Assembly (NCBI GenBank): GCA_964016885.1
Contig: OZ024743.1
Location: forward strand, 1,798,001-1,862,000
Length of the DNA stretch: 64,000 nt
Direction of reading: 5' to 3'
DNA from: Eledone cirrhosa
Lineage: Eukaryota
Shown: in pieces, positions 41,600-54,599 of the stretch
Position numbering within the stretch: the first letter of the stretch is position 1
Layout: each line of letters opens with the position of its first letter
Position numbers and translations under genes: made by a program
Notes under the pieces: generated by a model
Seen by the model: only the letters and a program-made list of their open reading frames with translations
Database searches by the model: none
Told to the model about the DNA's origin: nothing

Positions 41600-43240
41600 G
41601 ATTACTATGCGTCCATATCCCCAGCCACCCTAGATAAACCGCTTATATTTGCCCAAAATAACTCCGATCTTACCCCTGATGAAATTGAAATAATAATAGC
41701 GGCTAGAAGGACTATCATAAAATTTGAAAATAGCTACTGGGTAAGAAAAGATAGGATAAACAGCTTCGATATCACAATGGGATCAAATGACTCAGCGCAA
41801 ATCACTGACGTCGTGGGGCTATTTATAGCACACAACCTACATAAAGAATTCAGTAACCTCCAAGGAGGGATTTATAGAGATGACACGCTCCTTATGGCTA
41901 GGAACTTAAACAACCAGAGCATGGAAAGATTAAGAAAAAACATTAGAACATTCTTAAAAAAACTAGGCCTAAATATTACCTACGAACTGAATCATAAAGA
42001 GGTAAACTTTCTAGATGTGACTCTAAATCTAAATACGGGATTAATAGAACCCTTCCACACAAATAATGAAAATCTGGCCTACATTAGTTATAATTCAAAC
42101 CACCCCAGATCCATAATCAGATCCATAGCAGGTAGTATATCCCTTAGAATATCCTGCTTATCCTCAATCCTAGACATTTTTAATGAACATGCTAACTATT
42201 ATAACGCGGCATTACATAGGGCCGGACACAAAGAAAAGCTGCAGTTTATAACGGATAAAGACAACTCAAACAAACCTACTAACACTGATACCAACCGCTC
42301 ACACAAAAATAGAGGTAACAGGACTAGACATAGAGTTAGGCACTTAGCACCTAGAGTAAGTGGTCCAAACACCAATAATGTAAACCCTGGAAACAATAGA
42401 AGAATTAGAGAAAGAAAATACCTGTGGTTCAATCCAATCTTCAACTCCTCTGTAAAAACTAGACTGCCTTCTACGTTCTTTAAACTAATAGATAAACACT
42501 TCCCTATATCACTCAGATATCATAAAATTCTCAATAGAAAAACTATAAAACTCTCATACTCTACGGCTGCAAATATAGAATCCCACATACGCAAGATTAA
42601 CCACAGAAATACCTCTAGGGAAACCGCCCCACCTATGCGCAACATAGCACCAAATTATAAACATAAACACATCACAGTATCACAACCGCAAACGCATACA
42701 AGCACGCAGCAACAAAACCTCAACTGGCACGAATCACAACCCACTCATAGCAGTGTACAAAACAGCAGTGTGGAAGCTGCACGGAATAACACCTCAAACT
42801 GCAACTGTCACCTACCAGATAGGTGCCCATTGACGAACAGATGCCTTGAATAGAGCCTAGTGTACATGTGTACGGTGAACTCGGGCAACTTCACTTGGCA
42901 TTACATTGGATCCACCGCGGATACTTTAAAAAAAAGATGGTATGTGCACAGACACTCGATGAAGAACCGTGCACTTATAGGTTCTACAACCCTCGCCAAA
43001 AAAATCTGGGAACTTAAGGACAATAACATCAACTACAATATCAACTGGTCGAGGTTGTCGGCCGCAAGGGCATATAGTACCGGTATGTCCTATTGTAGGC
43101 TCTGCGATCTTGAATTACTGTATATCCTTAGGAATGAAAAAAGGCTACTCAACAACAAGATAGAAAGATCAATTTTCTGCAGACACAGGATCGCCACTAA
43201 ATTCACAACGAACCAACATAACTTAGCATTCAACATATGA
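41600..43240 (+). pseudogene. PLE reverse transcriptase (5'-truncated) + C-terminal GIY-YIG endonuclease; single in-frame TAG at 42851-42853
   Basis: One frame from 41600: DYYASIS..FDITMGSNDSAQI..GIYRDD..VNFLDVTL..SNHP..WFNP..CNC-x5-CPL-x3-CL*..VYMC..YIGST..KKRW..H..CRLCDLE..LLN..CRH. ORFs 41777 and 42860 share this frame. Confidence 0.93.
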
Positions 43241-44039
43241 AATCCACAATATTACACAGACCACCACAGAACTATAATACTCATGAAGCAGATTTTAGCC
43301 TCCTTAATTCTATACCACAGTAATGTCTGCAAATATCTTATCAACCCATAAATATATCTCTTCTCAGCTGCTGTCAATACAACTTCCTCACCCTTGATTC
43401 TCAACAGATGAACCTAAATCCAAGTACATTATCAGAATACTACCACAGTAAAACATCACCTTCCTCCTGTTGTTATAATTGTAGTCAGCATGTGTTCTCT
43501 CTCTATATATATATTGCCTCCTTAACCTCTGTATTAACTTACCTATTATATTGTTACTCTGTTAATGTTATCTTATACATGTACGTTATTGATGATGTGA
43601 AAGCTAAACAACCCCATGATTCGAACTAACAATCCTTTCATCTAATATAGACCACTTAAATATTGAATCCACTTCACACCACAAAAATTACTATCCTCAC
43701 TACAATGAAAAATATTTTATCTGTAAGATAATAAATAATTGTTACGGTCACCAAACCTACGGTAGAGGAAATGGTACATTGTTTAAAGCCCCGGCTTATC
43801 TCTACACTATATATAATACACCCCATGACAGCTTTTACATGTCAATTTCATACATCTGCCTCATATCAGCTCGTTTTACATGCTAAAGTCATAAGTATAC
43901 TCTATGTCTTACTTAGATTGATGTTGTGATTATTTCAACTAATTTATGGCTAGCATTGTTAGTATTGTTGTTATTGTTCTGATTGAATGCCACTACTATA
44001 TATAGAAACCATGCCTGTGTATTCCCTTCATTCTCGCTA

Positions 44040-44145
44040 GCTCTGATGAATTGACTGGTTATAACTATGTATTGGTGATCGATTGACGCAGAAACAGGCG
44101 GGTAGCGATCTCTAGACCTACCAGTTCAGAGAAACAATTGTCAGC
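44040..44145 (+). ncRNA. type I hammerhead ribozyme with extended stem II
   Basis: GCT-CTGATGA-[81 nt; ACTGGT/ACCAGT, GATCG/CGATC, CGC/GCG]-GAAA-CAATTG-TC-AGC. The core is intact with a GUC cleavage triplet, and the motif lies in the PLE terminal repeat. Confidence 0.82.
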
Positions 44146-44370
44146 AATGTGATTAATGTCCTTATTGTGTAGCAAACCATGTCACTCTTCTTTCTTGATT
44201 TATCATTACTCCAAGTGTAAACAACATAGAAATCACCGCGTATTCGCAACATCACTATGGAAACGCCTTGTTGAGTCAAACTTAGCCAAGCGTTGATACC
44301 ATCCACTACTCGGAGTACCCTAACTGGACTACACCTAAGTGGACTACCTATAACAATAATCTGTTGTCCC

Positions 44371-44517
<147 letters not shown>

Positions 44518-44642
44518 TGTTTAATGGTAGCAATGATGCTTCCATAGGCGGTATGCCAGTTGAGCACTCTATGTTCTTACAGAGCAGAGTGTGATATAAT
44601 ATAAAACGAAAAATCAGTGATGCATCTGGACTCAATTTATTG

Positions 44643-44732
44643 TGTGTTACAATTGTTTCGCCGGCAGATAGCTCGAGACATGATCATTGTATGGATCTGT
44701 CTGATTCTAGATCTGCAGGTTCTTCAGACACA
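44643..44732 (-). ncRNA. type I hammerhead ribozyme with extended stem II (second sequence type; probable solo pLTR ~44516-44930)
   Basis: Minus strand: TGTGT-CTGAAGA-[61 nt; GCAGAT/ATCTGC, AGACA/TGTCT, GATC/GATC]-GAAA-CAATTG-TA-ACACA. 5-bp stem I and GUA cleavage triplet. Confidence 0.82.
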
Positions 44733-44929
44733 TGCAATACTTTCGGAACAAATTTTCTCACTGGGGTGTTAGCTTCAAAAAACATCTTCCTCTCTTGTCT
44801 TGCTATTGGCTGTTGTTTTTCTACGTCATCATAAATTCTGGTCAATATTTGCTGCCATACTGGCCATCAGCTACTCTCCGTCCGACACACTTCAATGGAC
44901 CCATGCTGGGTTTGGTATTTCACAAGTCC

Positions 44930-45372
44930 GCTCACACACACATATATACCCACACATACACTCACACATATATACACATACACACACACGCGCACACATA
45001 CATATATACGCATACACATATGTACACACACATATGTACATATACACACCCATATACATATACACACACACTCTCTCTCTCTCTCACACACCCACACACG
45101 CCCACGACCATATACATACCAACATACACGTCCGCAGGCGCCTGCCTATATGCCCTCGTACATCCGCTCTCACACGCACGCACACGCGCGCACACACACA
45201 CACACGTACACGCATACAAGGACACATACCTGCGTACTCGTACATTTGCTCATATACACAAACACGTACAGACATATACATAGACACACACACGCACATA
45301 TACACGCCTGTCCTTATAGAGAGGCACAAAGGCACACACGCTTCCAAAGACACATACACACATACACACATA

Positions 45373-45438
<66 letters not shown>

Positions 45439-45560
45439 TGTATATGTACACGCACATAAACATACTCACAAACAATCCTTACCCTATGTAGGTGCACATA
45501 CACACACATACCCCCCCCCACCCCCCACACACACGCACTTGCTCATATACATTCCAACAA
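44930..45560. repeat. degenerate CA/TA low-complexity tract
   Basis: Direct reading. Confidence 0.9.
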
Positions 45561-45969
45561 ATACGCGCCCAATTAACTCCGTGTCCACGTACATCCACAT
45601 AGATAGATACACACATAGATGTATATATCTCTGTCCGTACCCCAAAGTGCGAATTATAGCTGGTATAGCTTTAAGACCAGGTATAATTCGCACCTTCATT
45701 CGTTCAGAAACCCTAGACTTAGCAATGTAACCTCACTATCCACATACATACACTCATTAAAATCAAGTAATATACCATACACCTTAAAATGGGAAGTGAT
45801 AGCTAAGGCCCCTTCATATAGACCACCTAACACATTTTGTAACCTTTGCATCCTCGAGTCTATAAATATTATTCATTCTAATCTTAGCCTACTAAATAGG
45901 AAATCAGAGACCTTCTCCACGTGTCCACATTACCATAGATTCTCTTTCCACTACTTCAAACCTAGTAAC

Positions 45970-46369
45970 TAATAATAATAATAATTGTTTCTACTTTGGG
46001 CACAAGGCCAGTAATTATTCCAGTGTATTACTGGTACTTTATTTTATCGATCCCGTAAGGATGAAAGGCAAAGTTAACCTCGGCGGGATTTGAACTCAGA
46101 CCATAAAAGTCCGTAACACTTTGCTATAAAGCATGGCGTCAGACTCTCTATCGATACTGCCAATCCACCGCCTAATAATAATAATTGTTTCTACTTTAGG
46201 CACAAGGCCAGCAATTACCCAGTGCATTACTGGTACTTTATTTTATCGACCCCGTAAGGATGAAAGGCAAAGTCAACCTCGGCTGGATTTGAACTCAGAT
46301 CATAAAGGGACGTAACTATGCTGGAAGGCATGGCGTCCGACCCTCTACCGATACTGCCAGTTCACCGCC
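45970..46369 (-). mobile_element. two tandem SINE family A copies (45970-46172, 46173-46369) in (TAA)n
   Basis: CTGGTACTTTATTTTATCGA..GGATGAAAGGCAAAG..GGATTTGAACTC..CCACCGCC occurs twice. Confidence 0.9.
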
Positions 46370-47785
46370 TAATAATAATAATAAAAATAAAAACCAATGT
46401 CGGAGATAATACTAGACCAAACCTTTAAATTTATCCAATTAGATGTTCGTAAATATAGAATTACACCTTAATTAAAAAACCACACCAACCTATATCCTGT
46501 CCGATATTTCTCCTTAGTTAATAAACCCCTTCTTTGATCTCTCATCTAATACAATTGTAATAACCAAATAAATAAATAATGTAGACACCCTAATATACTC
46601 TCAATATATAACACTAACTAAATAGCAGACAACTGTGTATATAACACCAATTACTCCAGTATATATTATACAATTCCCTATCTTGTCATAAAAACTTCAA
46701 CTCTCTCTGCACAATCTGAATATACATATATATACATTCTCTCACACATATATATATATTATATATACATATATAAACTATATAAAACCCTATCTAGTTA
46801 TAAACATTTGTTTAACCCTCTCCACACAAGTTGAAAAAATAAGTATAACAAATAATTTTTTATATATAATTAATAACCAATAATAATATTTTATATTTTA
46901 TAAATATTAATTTATAACACTACTACAATAATAAAACAACCCTGAATTTATCAACAACCTTAATTACCTCCCTTTGTTATTAACCCCCTTCACAACTTCC
47001 TGTGTAAATTCATAAAATTAACCAGCTTAACGGTTTACCAGCAACTTAATAACGATTAATGCAAACCCTAATAATCCTTAATAGATAATTTGAAGATAGG
47101 AATGCATAGTATAATACTTACTTTAACACCATGGCCTGTAATTCGGTGGAATTTACCTTTACCAAACGCATACCTATTAACTATACACAACTCAAAAAAA
47201 TTACATCTCAAACTAAGAGAATTCCATGGTTAATAAATGTGAGTTACAACCAACATATACATCTATATACGAACTACAATATAAAAACACTTGAGTGAAA
47301 ATTACCTAACCAATTCAATAACGTGCTTTGCATTACACCTCACATAACATATACCTATTTTATCACCACACGTCTCACTACCATATAGCACGCCATTTTA
47401 AACATTTCTAACACTTATAACATTCTACACGAAATATGCTTATTTCAGCTGTAATATAACTCTTTCCTCATACATGCCTTATTGATTGTATTGACTCCTG
47501 CATTATATACCCTTAACATTACCTGATCTCCAATGCTAAGATATCTTATATCTTATGTCTATCCTATCTTTCATTTTTCCTTGCTTGTAACTTTTTTTGT
47601 CTGTATTTTTTGCTTATACCTCTTACACTTTCAACCAGCGCTCCTTGTAATTGTTTTCTCTCAAGCATAACATCTTTTTAACTCCTGATTCTCTACATGA
47701 TGTCTATGACACTAACAACACTTATGTATCTACCTAAATGCTCTGAATGTCTAGGATTTTAATCACCTGTTTAGATATTCCCTAT

Positions 47786-47830
47786 GTTCCGATGATTCCA
47801 GACTTCCCTCCGGAAGAAACAATTGTCAGC
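47786..47830 (+). ncRNA. minimal type I hammerhead ribozyme with core variant CCGATGA (U4C)
   Basis: GTT-CCGATGA-TTCC-(12 nt)-GGAA-GAAA-CAATTG-TC-AGC. GAAACAATTGTCAGCAA is identical to 44131-44147. Confidence 0.7.
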
Positions 47831-48006
47831 AAATAAATGTATTAAACTAAGATTTGATTGTTTTAACACTTTGTATCATGGCTCTGTAAAACACTTGATA
47901 ATTTGCACTGAGCTTTTTGTCATACCGGTAACCGGCTAGTACTTAGTACTACCCTACATATTTATAATGTATATTAAACATATATAAGTATAAATATTGT
48001 TATTAT

Positions 48007-48063
<57 letters not shown>

Positions 48064-48714
48064 CATACATACACACATCTGGCAGCAACATAATACTTGC
48101 TAGAGTCTGACTGAGTAGAAACGCGACAGTGGGCGTATGTTTACAGCCGTGCAATAATATTTAGATATCTGTAGAAAAATAATTGATTCTAAGCTGGATT
48201 TTCGGTTTGTTTTGTACAAAAGAAATGGTTTCGTCTATTGCTTAATGAATTATGTTTCCTTGGTAATTGTCGAAGAAATGATAATTTAATATTCTAATCG
48301 TTGCTCGGCATATTTTTAATTAATCATCTCAATTTCTCATTGCAGAAGAACTTTTTGATAATGGTAATATTTTGTTTGTTTTAATCCGTTAATTTTCTAA
48401 ATCTTCTTGGTCAGCTGTTTGTTTTTCATTAATATTTAGAAATAATGTTTTCTGCAAACGGTTCAATATATTTATAGGTGCTATGGACAGGCCGAAACAT
48501 AGGAAATGGGTTGATGGTGGAAATGTGAGTTAGTTGGCATGAGTCGACGATTTTGAGGGAATGTATTCCCCTCGACTTTTAGATCTTTTGTTATATTCTG
48601 CTATTTCTAAGTGAAACATATCCACCATGTGTACATACTCATAACCCATACATAAATCATGAATTTATCACTGATTATTCAAAGACCTAACGGGCAGTGT
48701 GAATGGGGTCTCCA

Positions 48715-48995
48715 TTTTACATCTGGCCTGACATACATTTTAAATCTAGCCTGGACTACTTTTTACATTTGGCCTGGGCATAATACCAGTTTTGGGACCT
48801 GCGTTTTACAGTTGACCTTAGGCTATTACTAGTTTTACATCTGGCCTGGCCCTATTACCAGTTTTAGGGAGTTACGTTTTGCATCTGGCCTGGGTTTAAT
48901 ACCAGCTTTGTAGACTTATATATAAAGACTGGGATTATTACCAGCTTTGGGGGCTTACATTTTACACCTTGCTTGGGTTTATTACCGGCTTTGTA
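48715..48995. repeat. degenerate minisatellite (TTTTACATCTGGCCTGG..TTACCAG motif)
   Basis: About 8 imperfect recurrences of the motif. Confidence 0.65.
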
Positions 48996-49573
48996 CGAGC
49001 CAGGTAGGCTCATATTAGTATGTCACAGGTTTAACATCACCTCCCGATTCTTGGGTGTTCCCTAGCGGAGTTCATTCTGTTGCAAACGAATTATTTTCTG
49101 GTTGGCAGATAATTCGATATCTTAATGTGACAGAAACAGTTCTTTCTGCTATAGAAAATCAGGGGTTCCTGTTAGAGGTCAGTACTACCCGCTATAGAAG
49201 CACTGTCACTTGAATTTACAAACTTGTCGCGTTGGACTGGTTGACGTCCGACGAATACTAAGCCTTCAAACATTGATGAAGATACTGATATTTTTGCTTC
49301 GCAAAATAGGATTGTGGTGACTTTTATTTGTGTTCTTCAAATCTGTCAACCTAAAAACTCAATTTATTCATTTGGACACCAACAAAAAATTACACAATGA
49401 ATATTGGTTATCCTGAGGTGCTTCAAGATTGACAGATTTTCATTTCTAAATTCTATTATCATTACAATTTTGATATTTTTTTTTACAAAATATAGATATT
49501 TGGAAATAATTATAAGAAAAAAAATATATCTTCATATTTATTGTTTACTAATCTGAATAAGAACAGCAGTAAT

Positions 49574-49600
49574 CCGGGCAACGCCGGGTCATTCAGCTAG
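49574..49600 (+). mobile_element. Helitron 3' terminus
   Basis: GC-rich CCGGGCAACGCCGGG hairpin-like motif, 8 nt, then CTAG followed by T. The 5' end was not located. Confidence 0.7.
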
Positions 49601-49722
49601 TATTTATATATAGATAGATAGACAAACAAACAGACATGCAGACGGATAGATGTCTCAAGAATATTATAAATTGGGACAACTTTAAATATAGGTAGGTAGA
49701 TAGACAGACAGACAGGTAGACA

Positions 49723-49897
49723 CATACCTGCCAACCTCTAAAAACCCAAAAGTGCTCCAAAACGCGGAGAAATGAGGCAAAATGGGGAGATTTTACATAA
49801 TAACAGCTATACCCATTTTCACAAGAGAAGACATCTCTCACCTACCCCAAAGTGGGTGGGAGATCTCCCCATCAGACGGGGAGAGTTGACAGGTCTG
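49723..49897. mobile_element. small MITE (hAT-like TIR)
   Basis: Imperfect TIRs CATACCTGCCAAC / GTTGACAGGTCTG; no TSD seen. Confidence 0.5.
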
Positions 49898-51199
49898 GTT
49901 CTTATAAACAAGTTATTATTATAATTGTTGTTTAGCCATAGAACAAAGCTGCTCCAGCTATGACCATTCTTTTTTTATTATTTTGGTATGTGGAATACGC
50001 ACGAATTCCTCGTCGTACGCTGGATTAATGGTAGATGATTTGATCTCTACAATTCTGTCAAACACACTAGACAATAACAACGAAATGACTGACTTCAATA
50101 ATGCCCTATTACCACACCTTTATCTAATGGTTGAATTGTTTATTGTTTTTACTTTATACTGGTTGGCTCCAATCCACTTGATGAAATTAAATCAACGAGC
50201 TCTATTTATTTAGATCATTCGACTTACGTTTTTATCCTCAATGATTTCTTTGTTTACACCACCGAGTCATTTCTAAGGCCTATCTATATCTCTGATTTAA
50301 ATTTTGTCTAGCATTGTCTCTGCCGTCTTCTATCTATTTATTTATCTAGGTCTTCACTTTACAAAAGTGAAAGTACATGATTATTATCACCAATTGATTA
50401 ATTAGCTCCACCTAAAAATAATTGCTTTAAATTAATACCATTGTCGCTAATGAATAACATCAAACACAAATGTAACATATTTGACCAAGGTATTTACAAA
50501 GAAGAGTCAACAAAGTAGCCTCTATGTGGTTGCTTGACCTACTAGAAATAGCAGCTAAATATCAAAATATATCTTGGAAAGTAAAGCACACATAAAAGCT
50601 AATAGTTTTTATGTTGTAACTCAGGAGGAATACTCTGAAACCCTTTCACATGGTTTCCTAGATTTGGCAGAATGATGTGGTTGATACACACAAGTAGGAG
50701 GAGCATCCCAGGGGGTTGATATTCTGGAGGGACTGGATTAGAAATAGGAGGTTTTGAAGCACATGGTTAAGAAGGAGCACTTTAGGGGTTGGATTAAGAA
50801 TACGGAATTTCGATGCACATGGGTAGGAGGGTCACTCTAGAGGTTGATGTTATAGAGAGATTGGATTAGGAATAGGGGTTAGTTCAGACGTGGAAGGTGA
50901 GATAAAAATGTTTGATGAGAATTGAGTGCACTTCGGTGGAAGTGGTATATGCCCGGGGAAGAAGAAAAGATGGAAATATCATACATGGAACACCTTTGTT
51001 CATAAATCTATTTGACTTGGAGGTAAACAACAATAACAACTTGTTTAACTGTATGTATGGATCCGTAACTCTTGGTAGAAACGTAGGGGCATCGTGGTGA
51101 TGTACTGTGTGCCTTGGGCATTTTAAACGTGGCGGAACCCATCCCCTCTCTGGGTCTGATCACAGCTGATTTCTTTCAAAGAGAGAGAGAGAATCGATT

Positions 51200-51340
51200 T
51201 CAGTACTGGACTTTACTGACGACTCTGAAAAGATGAAAGACAAAGTTAACCTCGGCGGGATTGGATCACAGAGTGCAGAGAACCGGAACGAATACCATAA
51301 ATAAAGCATTCCATCAGACGTTCTAACATCTCACCCAATT
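51200..51340 (-). mobile_element. diverged SINE family A
   Basis: GATGAAAGACAAAGTTAACCTCGGCGGGATT core. Confidence 0.7.
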
Positions 51341-51345
51341 CTCCG

Positions 51346-51453
<108 letters not shown>

Positions 51454-51702
51454 TGAGTCCTCGATGTACGGAATATATGCGTTCCTGAAACACTTGCAGT
51501 ATATCGAATTACCGTATAAAGAACCCATTATAACATGAAATAGATAGGGATGCGTTCCAGCACATCGAAAAAGACATCCCCACAGAAAAGAAATAATGTT
51601 TTTTTTTATTTACCGTACCTTACACATGCCGCGTAGTCCATCAGCTGGTGTGCCTCTTGATTTGTCCCTCCCGAGGCTAAGGGACAGTATGGGTTTCAGC
51701 AC

Positions 51703-53486
51703 TTACTCATCTTGGGCTGAGTTGGCAGGGGAGGATGAGGGTGACGTGGGAGGCTCAAAACCAACAAACTCGTTGACTGCAGTGGATGTTGAAGGGCCAG
51801 CTGTAGCACGGTTGGCAGGTGTGACTAGCTTAAAGAAAGAGTAGATGGAGGACTGTTTGGCGGTGTTTCTTTTGGCTTCATACATTTCTTGGTAAATGTT
51901 GACGCTTTTCCCGACGCCTTGAGCCACTTTGCTGCTCCTAGCAGGGTTGGGGTCACGCTCCTTCAGGGTTTCTAAGATTGTTTCGATACTCCCGAGACAT
52001 TCTCTTAGAGTTTTTATGTCCAAGCCACACACAGGTTCTTCTTCCTCCTCTTCTTCTTTTTCTGTCTCCTGTATCGCCTTGTCTAGTTCTATGAGTTCAT
52101 CATTGGAGAGTGCTTCAGCGTGGCTTTCCAAAATGTCTTGCACATCATCATCATTAACACCATCGAAGCCACTCTATGGCAGAGATTTACAATATCCTTT
52201 TTATTGCATCAATATCCTCAGCAAAGCCTTGGAAGTCATTCACACATGCTGGCCATAATTCTTTCCAGACCAAGTTCATGGTAGACTGCTTCACTTCTTC
52301 CCAAGATGCCTTGATGTTGTCTAAGCCGTGCTTGATGTTGTACAATTTCCACCATTCCCTGATCGTGGGCTTGTCAGGCCCATCTGTGCCCTTTATCGGC
52401 TGCTGCATGGTTCTCCACTGGTAGTATGCCTTAAATGTTTTGATGACTGTTTGATCCATCGGCTGAATGAGAGCTGTGGTGTTTGGGGGGGGGGGGGGAG
52501 AAACAAAACCTCAATATTTTCTGACCAGTCTTCCATTGCCCGTGGGTGGCTGGGGGCGTTGTCCACTAATAGTAGAAAACGGTTGGCAATGTTGTTAGCT
52601 AATGCATATTCCTTAAGGGTTGGTGACAGATATGAGGTGAAAAAATCCTGGTGAATTGAAGTGATCAGCCATGCCTTCTTATTAGACTTCCATATCACTG
52701 GTAGGTATTGCTTAAGTAACCCCTTGAGTGCTCTTGGAGTTTCAGAATGGTAGGTAATGAGTGGCTTTAGCTTTAGTTCTCCTTCTGAATTCCCTCCAAG
52801 TAACAGAGTAACACGGTCCTTTGAGGCTTTGAACCCCTTCGCACTTTTCTCCTCCTTGTCAATATAAGTATTACTGGTCATCTTTTTCCAATAAAGTCCT
52901 GTTTCATCATAATTAATAACCTGTTTTTTGCTGTACACCTTCTCTGCAATACATTTTTCTAACTCTGCCTTGAATTTTTCAGCACTCTCTTTGTCGGAAC
53001 TGGCAGCCTCACCTGTAACTTTTATGTTGTAAAGACTCGAACGTCGTTTGAACTTATCAAACCAGCCTTTGCTTGCCTTGAATACAAAGTCCTCCACCCC
53101 TATTTCAGTCTTGAGCCTGTCAATAATGGACAATGCTTTCTCACTGATTACATTTAAAGACAGAGGCATATGTTGACGATTTTGGTCGTCGATCCAAATT
53201 TTGAGCAACCTTTCCAACCTATTCATAATCGGCTCACAATGTTTCGTCAACAATTTACTCTGTAGACTCGTAACATTCTCCCCGGTTTTTTGACAGCCTC
53301 ATTATTTTTTAAAACAGTCCAGACTGTAGACTGGGCTAGGCCTAAGTTACGACTTATGGCGGACGTACCTTGCCCCTGTTCTTTCCTTTTCAAAATGTCA
53401 GGCTTTATCTCCAAAGTCAGGCTCTTCCTCATGCGTTTGGCCTTTCCATCTGCATCAGCAATATTTGCAGGACGTTTTGGGGCCAT
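51703..53486 (-). pseudogene. Tigger-like DD32D transposase (CENP-B-type HTHs + DDE), frameshifted
   Basis: MAPKRP..RKSLTLEIK HTH; FKASKGWFDKFKRR; NYDETGLYWK; LLLVDNAPSHP..FLPP/NTTALIQPMDQ, with 32 residues between the 2nd and 3rd D when poly-C is restored. Frameshifts near 53285, 52490 and 52170-52200. Confidence 0.92.
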
Positions 53487-53560
53487 GAGATATGGGGTTA
53501 TAAGATATGCCGTGATAATTATTCTCCAAAAACACGCCGTCGGGTTTTCTCTTACTTTGA

Positions 53561-53945
53561 ATGACGTCATAACTCTTAACTGATCACTTCAGTTCGGCAA
53601 AAATTCTCTCACTGAGAGGACACGCTAGTTTGCCGAACTGAAGTGATCAATTAAGAGTTATGACGTCATCGACCGATATCTGAACTCGCTCGTGATTGAC
53701 CAGTTTCTCGGTAAGGTCAGTTAGTACAATAGCAGGTGGCCACCTGTAGTAAGTAATAAATTCCCCCTTGAATTCGTGGAAACTGACTGCTATTCGAATT
53801 CTAGGAAAATTGTGTTACTACTGCTATTGTACTAACTGACCTTACCGAGAAACTGGTCAATCACGAGCGAGTTCAGATATCGGTCGATGACGTCATAACT
53901 CTTAATTGATCACTTCAGTTCGGCAAACTAGCGTGTTCTCTCAGT
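53561..53945. repeat. nested inverted repeats in the Tigger 5' region
   Basis: 125-bp arms 53611-53735 and 53821-53945 (1 mismatch), plus a third 41-bp partial copy at 53561-53601. Confidence 0.93.
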
Positions 53946-54038
53946 ATAATATAAACAAAACCCGATCAAAAACCGTATCTGTGAATGTTTTTTACCGTAA
54001 ATAGAATTGATGGTAGTAATTACCCAAAACCGTATCTG

Positions 54039-54079
54039 TGAATTTACCGGATAAAGAACTACCGTATATCGAGGACCCA

Positions 54080-54115
<36 letters not shown>

Positions 54116-54152
54116 TGGGTCCTCGATATACGGTAGTTCTTTATCCGGTAAA

Positions 54153-54156
<4 letters not shown>
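54039..54156. repeat. perfect 118-bp palindrome: Tigger end + (TA)15 + inverted copy of the end
   Basis: 54113-54156 is the exact reverse complement of 54039-54082. Confidence 0.93.
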
Positions 54157-54194
<38 letters not shown>

Positions 54195-54196
<2 letters not shown>

Positions 54197-54312
54197 AAAA
54201 AGTATGACTCCGACGGCAGAGCTCAAGCCGTTTCGACGGCTATTTCTGGAAATAGTCCAGAAATAGCCGTCGAAACGGTTTGAGCTCTGTCGTCGGGGGT
54301 CATACTTTTTCC
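54195..54312. repeat. ~56-bp-arm hairpin (possible extremely truncated PLE or MITE)
   Basis: GGAAAAAGTATGAC..TATTTCTGGA-AATAG-TCCAGAAATA..GTCATACTTTTTCC, within a segment flanked by (TA)n. Confidence 0.85.
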
Positions 54313-54391
54313 AATTACTCACTCTACTACCCTAAGTATTGAGTACTCTGGTGCGTTATGGTCCATCTGGTTCCATACCACAAGTCCTTCG

Positions 54392-54493
<102 letters not shown>

Positions 54494-54599
54494 GTGTAAT
54501 ATAGTGAGTTGTAAGATTCAAAGAAAACAGAAAATCCCTCTAGGTTTGTTAATAAACTACAATCAAGGGAGATATCTTCAATAATATTAGCTAATGTGA

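Larger units (their letters stand above)
45615..47955 (+). mobile_element. second, more truncated Penelope-like element: GIY-YIG C-terminal half (45615-45972), long AT-rich 3' region, terminal hammerhead
   Basis: FKTRYNSHLHSF..TSLSTYIHSLK..LKWEVIAKAPSY..CNLCILE..LLNRKSE..CPH aligns with ORF 42860. A hammerhead-like motif sits at 47786 and (TA)n follows at ~48010. Joining these parts into one element is inference. Confidence 0.75.

Noticed and set aside
42851-42853. Programmed readthrough or selenocysteine in the PLE ORF
   Set aside because: The codon is TAG, not TGA, and the element is 5'-truncated. A simple nonsense mutation is more likely.
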